DNA of 63,899 bases, filler included, from Octopus bimaculoides (Eukaryota): the NCBI RefSeq assembly GCF_001194135.2. It is 7 parts of 7 records of this genome, joined end to end, with 100 filler letters (N's around TTAATTAATTAA, not from the genome) between each part and the next. Parts side by side here need not be neighbours in the genome. Positions count along the whole stretch, not along the records: positions 1 to 8,589 come from NC_068983.1; positions 8,690 to 21,294 come from NC_068986.1; 5 more parts are not named here. One strand, 5' to 3'. How positions within the stretch are numbered: position 1 is the first letter of the stretch; each line of letters begins with the position of its first letter. Shown in pieces: positions 1 to 12,115 of the stretch. The position numbers and the translations under genes were made by a program. The notes under the pieces are model-generated. The model worked only from the letters and a program-made list of their open reading frames with translations, made no database searches and had not been told where the DNA came from.

Positions 1-7
1 ATATATA

Positions 8-330
8 TACGACGGGCTTCATTCAGTTCCTGTCTACCAAGTCTGCTTACAAGGCTACAGTAGAAGACACTTTGCTCAAGGTGTCACACAGTGGGACTGA
101 ACCCGGAGCTATATGGTTGGGAAGCAAGCTTCTTGCCACACAGCCACGCCTCCTCTTATATATATGTGTGTGTGTGTGTGTGTGTATGTATACGACAGTA
201 TACTTCCCTCTACCAACTCCACTCAAAAGCCTTTGATCGGTCCAAGGCTAAATAGAAGACACCTGCCTATGGTGCCACGCAGTAGGACTGAATCCAGGAT
301 GACATGATTGGGAAGCAAACCTGTGCCTCT
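8..330 (-). mobile_element. Two partial 5' halves of tRNA-derived SINE family B, separated by a (TA)/(TG) tract
   Basis: Reverse complement matches the family-B head seen at 11667, 21416 and 38584 (gtggtaag..gcttcccaacca..ggttcagtcccactg..ggcaccttg.gcaagtgtcttctactatagcc). Confidence 0.8.
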
Positions 331-530
331 GTTCATTTTCATTTATATTATTCTTTTATTTTTGTCAGGAAACTATGACATGAAAATAAAACATATAGAC
401 ATATTGTCTTAAGATGGTAGCTGTTGTTATTGTTGTTGATGTGTGGGTGGTAGTTGAGGTAGCTTTTGTGGCGGTGGTTGTGGATATTGTTGGTGTGGTG
501 ACGAGAGAGAGCAAAGAAAGAGCAGAGAGG

Positions 531-536
531 GAAGAA

Positions 537-571
<35 letters not shown>

Positions 572-675
572 AGAAGAAGAAGAAGAAGAAGAAGAAGAAG
601 AAGAAGAAGAAGAAGAAGAAGAAGAAGAAGAAGAAGAAGAAGAAGAAGAAGAAGAAGAAGAAGAAGAAGAAGAAT
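531..675 (+). repeat. (GAA)n microsatellite
   Basis: Near-perfect trinucleotide run; source of the poly-E/poly-F/poly-L pseudo-ORFs. Confidence 0.97.
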
Positions 676-789
676 TCCTTTGTTAATATGATAAAGTGGT
701 ATTGGAATGGTGTTTTGTATATCAAAATATCCGAGTTGGGCCATAAAAAGGGGGAAGTAAGCTCATTTTAATAGAATAAAGTTAATAGA

Positions 790-1530
790 AGAACGAATGC
801 TAGAACTCGATGACTAAGAATGCAAGTATCTGGACGCACTAGAACTTGATGATATAATACATAAAGAAATTAAGCAAAAAAAGACAATAGATTTAAAGGG
901 ATTAAAGCTTTTGTTGAAGTCCAAACAGTATAGGCGATTGACGTCATGTGTTATAGTGCTGGAATAGTGAACTGAAGGAAAAAGGAAAAAGAGATTTTTG
1001 GAAAATGAGAAAAACCCAGCCTGTGTTTAGGGTACTTTATTTAAGCCTTTAGCATTCAGATTACTCTGACAAATATATTGCGTATTTATTCACATCTTTT
1101 TTTTAATTAATCGTGCTTTGTCATGCAGCAATCAAATTTCGATGATGTAATTGTTTATTTTTAGAATGATATTGTGGAGTTTGAGCGAGAGGCTGGATCT
1201 GCCGGTTTGAACATAAAACATAAAATTCTTGTGCCAGATATGATCAGTTTAGATGCTAAAGGACTAAGGACAAATGTCAATCGTTTATACATGAAATGGA
1301 AGATTGGAGGAAGTGGGCTTAGCATTTCTCGTTGTGTGAATGAGGAACAAGAGTCAGTAAATCACTACCTTGCAAAGAGAGAAGAATAACTGCTTAAACA
1401 TGTTGCAAGAAAACTAGGACTTACTTGTGCTGCGCATGAAGAGAAGAAAGCATACCGAAGCATGATAACTTGTGAAAGGAAAGAAGCGCTAGAACTGACA
1501 AAACAGCACGTCGGACAAAATGCTTAACAG
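790..1530 (+). mobile_element. Decayed R4/Dong-clade non-LTR retrotransposon fragment (RT C-terminal part), interrupted at about 1040-1170
   Basis: Translates with stops and frameshifts to ..ECKYLDALELDDIIHKEIK.., ..MCYSAGIVN.., ..NVNRLYMKWKIGGSGLS.. and ..KQHVGQ. These parallel the R4 motifs YKYLG.LE.D.I.H.E.K, .YSAGI..W, VDRLY..RK.GGRGL and K.LHGQ. Confidence 0.7.
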
Positions 1531-1955
1531 CATTTCATCCGTCTTTACGTTCTGAGTTCAATTCTGCCAAGTACGACTTTGTCTTCCATCCCTTTCAGAG
1601 GGATTTTATTAACTCTGAAAGAATGAAACGCAAAGTTAACTTCAGTAGAATTTGAATTCAGAATGTAAAGAACTGGCAGAAATGCTGCTAAGCATTTTGT
1701 CTAATAAGCTAATGATCCTGCAAATTCACCACCTAAGTAATGACAATCCTGTCTGCTAAAAGCACAAGGCCTGAAATTTTGGGGGAGGGAGATAGTCGAT
1801 TACATCGACTCCAGTGCAGAATTGGTACTTATTTCATCGCTGCCGAAAGGATGAAAGCCAAAGTCAACCTCGGCAGAATTTGAACTCAGAATGTAAAGAC
1901 GGACAAAATGCTGCTAAACATTTTACCTGGTGTGCTAACAATTTTGCTAGCTCAT
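1520..1955 (-). mobile_element. Two head-to-tail tRNA-derived SINE family A copies
   Basis: Reverse complement of the family-A consensus (gagctggcagaa..ttagc..gaaatgcttagc..ttacgttctgagttcaaattc.gccgaggtcgactttg.ctttcatcc..ggggtcgat..aatcgact..aaatttcaggccttgtg..aggattatt). Confidence 0.85.
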
Positions 1956-1974
1956 CTCAATAATAATGATGATG

Positions 1975-2045
<71 letters not shown>

Positions 2046-2780
2046 CCTTTTCACTGNNNNNNNNNNNNNNNNNNNNNNNNNNNNNNNNNNNNNNNNNNNN
2101 NNNNNNNNNNNNNNNNNNNNNNNNNNNNNNNNNNNNNNNNNNNNNNNNNNNNNNNNNNNNNNNNNNNNNNNNNNNNNNNNNNNNNNNNNNNNNNNNNNNN
2201 NNNNNNNNNNNNNNNNNNNNNNNNNNNNNNNNNNNNNNNNNNNNNNNNNNNNNNNNNNNNNNNNNNNNNNNNNNNNNNNNNNNNNNNNNNNNNNNNNNNN
2301 NNNNNNNNNNNNNNNNNNNNNNNNNNNNNNNNNNNNNNNNNNNNNNNNNNNNNNNNNNNNNNNNNNNNNNNNNNNNNNNNNNNNNNNNNNNNNNNNNNNN
2401 NNNNNNNNNNNNNNNNNNNNNNNNNNNNNNNNNNNNNNNNNNNNNNNNNNNNNNNNNNNNNNNNNNNNNNNNNNNNNNNNNNNNNNNNNNNNNNNNNNNN
2501 NNNNNNNNNNNNNNNNNNNNNNNNNNNNNNNNNNNNNNNNNNNNNNNNNNNNNNNNNNNNNNNNNNNNNNNNNNNNNNNNNNNNNNNNNNNNNNNNNNNN
2601 NNNNNNNNNNNNNNNNNNNNNNNNNNNNNNNNNNNNNNNNNNNNNNNNNNNNNNNNNNNNNNNNNNNNNNNNNNNNNNNNNNNNNNNNNNNNNNNNNNNN
2701 NNNNNNNNNNNNNNNNNNNNNNNNNNNNNNNNNNNNNNNNNNNNNNNNNNNNNNNNNNNNNNNNNNNNNNNNNNNNNNNA

Positions 2781-2929
2781 AATTGCACTACTGGGTACTG
2801 CACACATTCTATGCAAAACACTTTCAATACAGTAACCATAAGAGCACCACAGCAAACCACAGCACATACCCAAGGCACACAGAGCTGCGCTCGGTAGTGA
2901 AGTGAAAGCACGTTATAAAAATAAAACTA

Positions 2930-3004
<75 letters not shown>
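2781..3004 (+). mobile_element. 3' end of an R4/Dong-clade LINE: ORF C-terminus, 3'UTR and (AAT)n tail
   Basis: The ORF ends IALLGTAHILCKTLSIQ* (stop at 2833-2835), matching the typical R4/Dong terminus ALLGTAHILRK.L. About 95 nt of UTR follows, then (AAT)n; Dong elements are known to target TAA repeats. Confidence 0.75.
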
Positions 3005-4500
3005 CCTTTTCACTGAAGGCACAACATATGAAATTTTGGGGGAGATGGGGGGCTAGTCGATTACATCGACCCCAGTGTTTTACTGGTACTTTAATTATCG
3101 ATGCCAAAAGGATGAAAGGCAAAGTCGACCTCGATGGAATTTAAACTCAGAATGTTCTGCCAGTTTGCTGCCTTCACCTAAGTAATAATAATAATTTTAA
3201 TTTTGGCACAAGGTCAATAAATTTGAGTGGGAAAGAGAAATCAGTTACATGATCTCAGTGCTTAACTAGTACTTTATTTTATCAACCCCGAAAGGATGAA
3301 GGGGAAAATTTGACCTTGGAAGAATTTGAAAGTCAGAAGTTAAGCCATTAAGTATTTTGTCCAATGCATTAAAAATTCTGCCAGTTTTCCCTTTAGTAAT
3401 AACTGTTTCAATTTATTGCTCAAGGCAAGTAATTTTAGGAATAGGAGCTTAATGAATTATATCAACCCCAGTATTTGTCTTGTGCTTTATTTTGTTGGTC
3501 CTGAAAAGAAGAAAGGCAAATATGACTTTGGCAGAATTTGAACACAGAACATAAAGAGTCGGAAGGAAATCTGCAATGCATTTTGTCTGGTACAGCAATG
3601 ATTCTACAATCTAGCTGCTTTCACTACTTTAGTACTAATCCTTTCTACTATAGGCACAAGGCCTGAAATTTAGGGGAGTGGGTAAGTCAGTTACATCGAC
3701 CCTGGCGTGCTAACGATTCCGCTAGTTCGCTGCCTTAAAGGGAATAGTGATAACAGTTATAAGAACAAGGAAGTCCTTGTGGTACATATCTTGTTTTTCT
3801 GAAGGGGAGAGTATCAGTACTGTGAGTGTAGTAGCTCTAGTTTATCGACTCCAGAAGGATGAAAGGCACAGTCTACCCCACTGGCGTTTGAACTCAGAAC
3901 GTGAAGACAGACGAAACGTTGCTGAGCATTTCACCCAGCGTGCTAACGATTCTGCCACCTCACCGCCTTACACCACTTTATCAATAATGTTGAACGCTGG
4001 AGTCGATGTAACTGACTATTCCTCTCCCCGGAAAATTGCTGGCCTTTGCCAAAATTTGAAACCATTATTATTAAGCAACCCGAAGGCGACGAGCTGACAG
4101 ATTCGTTAGCAAGACGGGCGAAATGCTTAGCGGTATTTCGTCTGTCGCTACATTCTGAGTTCAAATTCCGACGAGGTCGACTTTGCTTTTCATCCTTTCG
4201 AGGTCGATTAAATAAGTACCAGTTACGCACTGGGGTCGATGTAATCGACTTACACCGTCCATGGAAATTTCAGGCCTTGTGCTTATAATACAAAGGATTA
4301 TTAAGTAAGCCGGCAAGCTTGCAGAACTTTTGTCGTGCTCGACAAAATGCTTAAGCGGCATTTCTGCCTTTACGTTCTGAGATCAAATTCTGCGTGAGGT
4401 CGACTTTGTCTTTCATCTTTTCGAGGTCGATAAAATAAGCACCAGTCGGACACTGGGGTCGATGTAATCGACTAACCCCTCCCCCGAAATTGTACTATTA
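3005..4500. mobile_element. Stack of about 8 family-A SINE copies (five minus-strand at 3005-3970, three plus-strand at 3990-4500)
   Basis: Repeated consensus blocks gaaaggatgaaaggcaaagtcgacctcg..gaatttgaactcagaa (minus) and their complement (plus), separated by short ATT/AAT tails. Confidence 0.85.
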
Positions 4501-4539
4501 TTATTATTGTTGTTATTTCAACATTTAATAATAACACGC

Positions 4540-5100
4540 TGGAGACTTATATTTCTCCTTGTGTCCAATAAACATTTTCCTGTTCAAGCAATGTCTAAGT
4601 ATTCAGCTATCTTTGTTGAAGCTTCACTTTTTTTTTTTTTTTTTTTTTTTTACAAAGTATCCTAGAAAGTTTAGACTGATAGACTATCGATAGTCTTTTC
4701 AGTCAAGTCAGAATCAAAGAGGCTGTCTGGCTGTCTGCATCATGCCTACATAGTACAGAATTTGTTCCTGGCACTGATTACACTGGGGAACATTTTATTG
4801 AATGACATCTGACACTTGATTCTTGATTCTGTGTAATTTGGATGCGATGAATACGAGTTTCAACTCGGTTTGACTCTATCAGGTTCTGATTTTTGTCAAT
4901 AGCCTATGTGCTATTTTCCAGATTTTTCAAATTGAACTTTGTTCCTCAGTGTTATCAGTGATATTGTTTGTCAGTCTTCTATATTCCTGTTACTTTTTCT
5001 TCACTGAATGGCTGTTCTATTGCTTTGTTTTATTGTCTCGGTGGCACTTCACGTGTTTTTGATGTTGATCTGAGCTCTGGCTCAGTTGCAAAGTAAGCTT
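4540..5100 (-). mobile_element. Highly decayed non-LTR retrotransposon ORF2 fragment (RT-proximal region)
   Basis: Patchy minus-strand similarity (EVPPRQ*NKAIEQPFSEEKV.., ..ILT*LKRLSIV..SRIL.., AEYLDIA*TG) to the pre-RT region of RTE-like LINEs. Many stops. Confidence 0.35.
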
Positions 5101-5355
5101 GTTACAAATGAACTAGTTTTTATGATTTTACTTCCCTTTCTATTTGGGTTTCAACGGCAAGTACGTCTCGTTCCGCTTAAGAAAGCAGTATCAGTTTTCT
5201 TTCTATTTCCTTTGCAGTCTCTGTCGATAGCCGATTATTCAGTCACAAGACTGACTACACAGGCCCTCCTAATTACAGCCTATATACCTGGTAGAGGTTG
5301 GATAGATAGTCTTATCTTGTGCAATTAGATTAATTTTTTGTTCATTTAAGTCATA

Positions 5356-6242
5356 CGAGGTGGTATCAAAAGTTTCGCGGACTAGTTATGTTTAATAAAA
5401 AAATAACTTATTTGCCTAAATTTTAACATTATCTCCTTCGAAATAGTCACCTTTCGAGCAATATACAGTCCCAGCGTTACTGCCACTTTTGGAATCCGGT
5501 CTGGGAGTCGTTTTCTGTAAGCGAGTGAAGAACCTTCTGCGATTCGCTCTGGATCTCACCGGTGTTAAAACAGCGACCTTTGAACTGCATTTTCATTTTG
5601 GAAAGAGATAGAAGTCCGTATGTGCTAAATCTGGTAAATAGGGCGGGTGCAGAAGCGATACCATGTTGTTTTGGGCGAGAAACTCACGAGTGAAAAATCC
5701 ATTTCTCCACTCTCCACAGATCCGGTCGCTTTCGCCGAATGACCTCCCTCAAACGCTTCAAAACGTTGCAGTTGAACTCTCGGTTGACGGTCTAATTCAG
5801 GGGGCGAATTCTAGATGCACATTACCACATTTCCTGAGGTGACGCTCGTGGCAGATCTTCCAGATCGCTCATAGTCTTCCAGGGATGTTCTTCCACTTCT
5901 GAAGCGCCCGTGCCACTAGAAACATTGCGTACGACCCATTGCCTCATCGCCGTAAGCTTGCCGAAGCATGATCAATGTCTCTGTTGCAGACTTCCCAAGT
6001 TTAACACAAAATTTCACGTTGGCTCTTTGTTCCAACTTCCTGTTCATGGCAAAATCGCAGACTACGACATCGACGTGATCACAAAAACACAAACTTCACA
6101 AACTAGCGAAGTAAAGACAGGGATGTTACTTGGCACACTGTCTCATGAAAATCACTGCTCGCTCTCACTGTGCACATAAGCGCGTGCTGCCATCTGTTGG
6201 CGCACTATAGAACTAGTTCGGGAACTTTTTGATACCACCTCG
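5356..6242 (-). mobile_element. Internally deleted mariner transposon with terminal inverted repeats and TA target duplication
   Basis: TIR cgaggtggtatcaaaagtttcgcggactagtt (5356) pairs with aactagttcgggaactttttgataccacctcg (6211-6242); TA on both sides. Minus-strand remnants WHGRFRSGRTSLEDYERSGRSATSV and HPPYLPDLAHTDFYLFPK (mariner YSPDL motif). Confidence 0.92.
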
Positions 6243-6417
6243 TATACAGGTGTTTGGTTCAGTCTTTTGTATTTGTGATTTTTTTTGCTCTCAGCTTTTC
6301 AATCAGTTGCATGGTTTGGGGGCATCTTATATCTATCCTTGCACATCCTATGTGCAGGAATAAATGCCTGAGACAGAATTCAGCATTTAAAATCTCAACC
6401 GTTAATCATAAAAATAG

Positions 6418-6660
6418 CAGAACACGTTTAGTGGTTAGGGTGTTGCACTCACGATCGCAAGATCGTGGTTTCGATTCCCAGACTGGCCGTGAGTTGTGTT
6501 CAATTCACGTTGCCCCTGTCCACTCGGCTGCAAATGGGTAACCTTGTGACGGATTGGCGTACAAGGGTGAGATGTTGACTCAGGAAAATCACACGAAAGG
6601 AGGTCTCGTGAGCCACGTTTTGTATCCAGAAATCGAAGGGATGAATAGTACAACCCATAC
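6418..6660 (+). mobile_element. Degenerate tRNA-derived SINE (family C-like)
   Basis: A-box-like tttagtggttag and B-box-like gtttcgattccc, followed by ttcacgttgc..gtccactcggctgcaaatgggta as in the copies at 15660 and 63205. Confidence 0.65.
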
Positions 6661-7929
6661 TGTGAATCCCTACCGATTAGGATAGCACTTTTCAGTGGCT
6701 ATATTCTTATAAATAAATACAAAATAAAAGTGAAATTTTTCAATCATTATCATGTGGAATATAAAATTAATACGCCAAAACTTTTTTATTATAACATCAA
6801 TATTTCATTTGTTGTTGTTTCTTGTTTGTTTGGGGGGGGGGTAGTTTTTTAATACCCAAAATTAACTGTATTACAAAAGACCATCAGAAAACAATGTTTT
6901 TTAAATGTGAAATAAGGATATATGATGGAACAGGCTTCAAATGGAAATATCAATTGATGCCAAAAACTGCTGAAAGATTACAGTACTGTTAAATTGGGAA
7001 ATCATACTCAATGTGAATTAATATGATTGAAAAAAATGATATTAATATTGTCTGTTTGTTATTTATTTCTGTAGCTGTCTATAGAAATCAGAGTTAATGA
7101 TCAGACTGGTTATAAAATACAACTATATTGAACACAACTTTAATTACCTTGTTTGAAAATGTTGCCAGCGACAAATTGAAACAAACAGAACATAAACATT
7201 GATAGTTTACAAACGTTTGTTGAATAACACGCAAAAACACCTTCAGTTAATAAGATCATTGACCTCAGACTGAATATTGAGGAAAATCTGTGATTCCTTT
7301 TGCACTGCAAGACAGGTTATCGTTTATGATATTGAACGATTTTTTCTTCATATTTTAATCTATAGATGCCATGTGAATCACTAAGACTGTTTGTCGTGAG
7401 GACTAAAAATGCCCAAAGTTTCAGAAAAAGGTATTTTGACAAAGTAACTCATAGTTCATGACGCCCGTAACTCCAACCATCTCTCGCTCAGCACTCCTAC
7501 CACCCAATTAACACTTCACTCTACAGTTCTCATTCATTACAATGATTTCTTCATCTCCATCCTGTCTTCACGTTGTAACATATTCACTTCTGTTTCATTT
7601 CCAATATCCAATGCATTGTATACTACAGTCAAAGCACTTTTATCCGAATCAAGACTTTTACACTCCTCACAAAAACTTACCCCTTACTAAGGCTTACGAA
7701 GACTTTTTACTTCTTACAAAGCCTATTTATCAAATGTCTCTAATCTTTATTATAAGAGCAGTAAGTCAGTTTGTCATTGAATTTAACGATTAAACCATGT
7801 CAGATGTTAATCCAAGTAGAAAGTATTTGTTAGTGTGTCAATGACATCAAATGTAAACTTGCACAGCAATATCAGGTTACTTAGTGCGTCATGCACAACT
7901 TTATTTTATGTATGTCTTGCTGGGTGTCA

Positions 7930-8537
7930 ACTCTGGTGGTGAACAGGGAGAAGAATCTCACGATGAGCAAGTGGTTGCAACTGTATATAAGGTTAAAGCG
8001 GTCGAGGATTTGACGATCATTTGCAGAGATTATTTTTATGGTGACACTACGATAGATTGGTTTTCTGGTAATAGAAAATGGAAGCAGCTGTATTATATAC
8101 AGTTTCTGACAATTACATGCACCAGATGAGTAAGGGCCTGTCACAGATCTTCCATTTGATGTTGGGGGAATAGTTTTCTTGGTCCCTGTGAATCAAGCCA
8201 AAACGAACAGGACAGTGGAGTTCTCCGTCCTTATATCTGAAGGAGTCCATATTGCCTAAAATACCCATTAAACCATTAGCAAGAGGATCCTTAAAAATTC
8301 CCCTCTTAGTCAGCCGGAGCCAGCTGTGCCTCTCTGAGAAATTGTATATACCACAACAACTTTCATTTTCTATCAATAGAAAACTAATATATTGTAATAT
8401 TGCCATCAAAAAACTCCTTGAGAAAGAACTTCAAAAATTGGTCAGTTATATACAGGAAAGGCCACTATCACACTTGAAGGCATTTATGCAGTTGCAAGCA
8501 CTTTTTCATAGTGAGATTATCCTTCCGCTCACCTCTG

Positions 8538-8542
<5 letters not shown>
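7930..8542. repeat. Diverged inverted repeat pair (arms about 7930-8108 and 8334-8542)
   Basis: Reverse complement of the left arm aligns with the right arm, e.g. agaaactgtatataatacagctgcttccattttctattaccagaaaaccaatctat vs agaaattgtatataccacaacaactttcattttctatcaatagaaaactaatatat, and cagttgcaaccacttgctcatcgtgagatt vs cagttgcaagcactttttcatagtgagatt. Roughly 70% identity by eye. Confidence 0.7.
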
Positions 8543-8589
<47 letters not shown>

Positions 8590-8689
8590 NNNNNNNNNNN
8601 NNNNNNNNNNNNNNNNNNNNNNNNNNNNNNNNNTTAATTAATTAANNNNNNNNNNNNNNNNNNNNNNNNNNNNNNNNNNNNNNNNNNNN
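8590..8689. other. Artificial scaffolding linker N44-TTAATTAATTAA-N44 (100 nt)
   Basis: Exactly 44 N, a 12-nt six-frame-stop palindrome, then 44 N. The same central 12-mer in the same arrangement occurs at 21339, 34283, 55526, 57532 and 61797. Confidence 0.95.
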
Positions 8690-9232
8690 TATATATGCAT
8701 ATGTATGTATCCATGTATATGTATATGAATACATTTTTTCTTTAAAGGAATAAGCATCTATTAGAATTTAATTATATGGCTTTGATGCCGAGAATATATA
8801 ATTGAATGCTCTCGAGATACCCTTAAAATTTCAAAGGCAGTGAACAGATTAGATATATGAGAGAGAAGCGTATATATGCATTTCATACTGAAGTCTATAC
8901 AATTTACCGGCGCATGATTTACGCAAGTTTATGATAGTATATATCATATAGAACTATGTTTTGCAGTGAGCTTGCGAAGATAGATACTAAACAATCTGTG
9001 AAGTTTCTAAATTATTGATTCAACTTTCAAATTTTAAAACGTAACTCACTTTCTACGTTCGTCGCTTTACTTTTAGATGTATATATAGATGTGAAGCTAT
9101 CTATCTATGCATTTATCTAACGAATCATATCTTTCTCAGGCGTTCTTTACACACACAAACATATGTATGTCTGTACGCATGTATGTATGTATGCATGTAT
9201 GTATGTATGCATGTATGTATGTATACATATAA

Positions 9233-9263
<31 letters not shown>

Positions 9264-11109
9264 GATATATATGTACGTATATATATATATATATATATNN
9301 NNNNNNNNNNNNNNNNNNNNNNNNNNNNNNNNNNNNNNNNNNNNNNNNNNNNNNNNNNNNNNNNNNNNNNNNNNNNNNNNNNNNNNNNNNNNNNNNNNNN
9401 NNNNNNNNNNNNNNNNNNNNNNNNNNNNNNNNNNNNNNNNNNNNNNNNNNNNNNNNNNNNNNNNNNNNNNNNNNNNNNNNNNNNNNNNNNNNNNNNNNNN
9501 NNNNNNNNNNNNNNNNNNNNNNNNNNNNNNNNNNNNNNNNNNNNNNNNNNNNNNNNNNNNNNNNNNNNNNNNNNNNNNNNNNNNNNNNNNNNNNNNNNNN
9601 NNNNNNNNNNNNNNNNNNNNNNNNNNNNNNNNNNNNNNNNNNNNNNNNNNNNNNNNNNNNNNNNNNNNNNNNNNNNNNNNNNNNNNNNNNNNNNNNNNNN
9701 NNNNNNNNNNNNNNNNNNNNNNNNNNNNNNNNNNNNNNNNNNNNNNNNNNNNNNNNNNNNNNNNNNNNNNNNNNNNNNNNNNNNNNNNNNNNNNNNNNNN
9801 NNNNNNNNNNNNNNNNNNNNNNNNNNNNNNNNNNNNNNNNNNNNNNNNNNNNNNNNNNNNNNNNNNNNNNNNNNNNNNNNNNNNNNNNNNNNNNNNNNNN
9901 NNNNNNNNNNNNNNNNNNNNNNNNNNNNNNNNNNNNNNNNNNNNNNNNNNNNNNNNNNNNNNNNNNNNNNNNNNNNNNNNNNNNNNNNNNNNNNTATATA
10001 TATATATATATATATACATATATTTAAATATGTGTTTGTGCGTGTGTACGTGTGTGTATTTGTCTATGCGTGTGCGTGCGTGCGCGATGTGTGTGTGTAC
10101 GCGCTCGCTCGTGTGTCCGTACATACATTTTTGCATGCATGTATGTCTGCACGTGTCTAATTTTCTGTGAATATCAATAGCATAGGTAAGCTTTATATTT
10201 CCGTATTTAGTTTTCTGTTGTACAGATATGCATGTATATAGCGATGTATGGTAAAAGGTATGACTATGTAGATATAAACTGATGATAGATATAAACTCTC
10301 TCTCTCTCTCACACACACAGCACATACATACATATATACATACATACATACAAGTCAAATATGGATATGCATATACATATATTGGTATTAGCAAAATTTT
10401 AATACGAATGTTCGTAACATCAAATATATGATTTTCTCGTATATGTGTAGATAGCTTTACATAGACATATGGGTGTTATTTTATGTTTGCTGTCCTTATG
10501 TATGTATCAAAGATATGAATTGAGGTAGAAACACTATAGTGAGAAAGTCGCAGAACTGCTGGAACTGCGTGGAATATGAAGAATAAACACTCACTGACTC
10601 ACAGACGCTGGGAGCACACACATACACACGCACACGCGCGCGCACACGTACACATGCATAGGATTACATATATTAAATATACGTACACATATTAAATATA
10701 CGTACACATATATTAAATATACGTATATAAATATACGTACACATACACATAAACAAACAGAGGTATGTAAATATACATGTATATATGTGTGTTCGTATAC
10801 CTATCAATCAATCTATATATCTATATATATATCTATATATCTATATATCTATAGCTATGTATATGTCTATATACCTATCTATACATATATATATACAGAA
10901 CATATATATATATACGGAACATATATATACGCGGAGTAGATAAAACAGGAGACAACTGAAGAAGGGAATGTTCTTTATGTTCGTCTTCTATGTTTTTGTT
11001 TTTTATGTTCTCGTTTTTCATTTGTCCATGTTTTTGACGTCTTGTACTCATATATGCATGTATATATACATATATATGTAGTTTTACGCATATATGTATG
11101 TATATATGC

Positions 11110-11218
<109 letters not shown>

Positions 11219-11480
11219 GCACTATACACATATATATATATGCAATTGTATGTATTTATGTATGTGTTTATTTTTACATGCAACTATGCATATTAGTGCG
11301 AGTTAACTTACATATGTAAATATGTACGTATACAACTATATCCGTATAACTTGCATGTTTATTTATATATACAAATATATGCAGGTATGCATAAATATAT
11401 ACGAATGCCTATAGCTGTATGTGTATGTAAAACATACATATATATATGTTTATACATACACACACACACACACACACACA

Positions 11481-11547
<67 letters not shown>

Positions 11548-11666
11548 GTATATATATACAAACATATATACATGTATATATGCGTATGTAGCCGTACATA
11601 TAATGGCATATATGCATTACCTACGTATAAACATATGTCTGTACACAGACTTCATTTGGTATAAGT

Positions 11667-12115
11667 GCAGGAGTGGCTATGTGGTAAAAAAACTGGCTTC
11701 CCAACCACATGGTCCGTGTTCAGTCTCACTGCGTGGCACCTTTGGCAAGTGTTTTCTTGGGCCGACCAAAGCCTTGTGAGTGGATTTGGTAGAGAGAAAC
11801 TGAAAGAAACCTGTATATATATATATATATATATATATTTCTTTTATCCTTTTACTTATTTCAGTCATTTGACTGCGGTCATGCTAGAGCACCGCCTTTA
11901 TATTTGTAGGTATATGTGTGTCTGTGTTTGTCCCCACCACCATCGCTTGACAACCGATGTTGGTGTGTTTACGTCTCCAAAAATTAGCGGTTCGGCAAAA
12001 CGGACCGATAGAATAAGTACCAGGCTTACAAAAAAAGAATAAGTCCTGGGATCGATTTGTTCGACGAAAGGCGGTGCTCCAGTATGTCCGCAGTCAAATG
12101 ACTCAAGTAAAAAAA
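11667..12115 (+). mobile_element. Full-length tRNA-derived SINE family B with internal (TA)n/(TG)n tract
   Basis: tRNA-like head (gagtggctatgtggtaa..), CORE-like ggcacctttggcaagtg, internal microsatellite at 11812-11840, and 3' half catcgcttgacaaccgatg..gcggtgctccagtatg.ccgcagtcaaatgact. Confidence 0.88.

Noticed and set aside
8634-8645. TTAATTAATTAA as a homeodomain-binding palindrome
   Set aside because: It is an assembly linker embedded in N runs.
10521-10541. let-7 family miRNA gene on the plus strand (UGAGGUAG..UAUAGU)
   Set aside because: No complementary star arm on either side, so no pre-miRNA hairpin.
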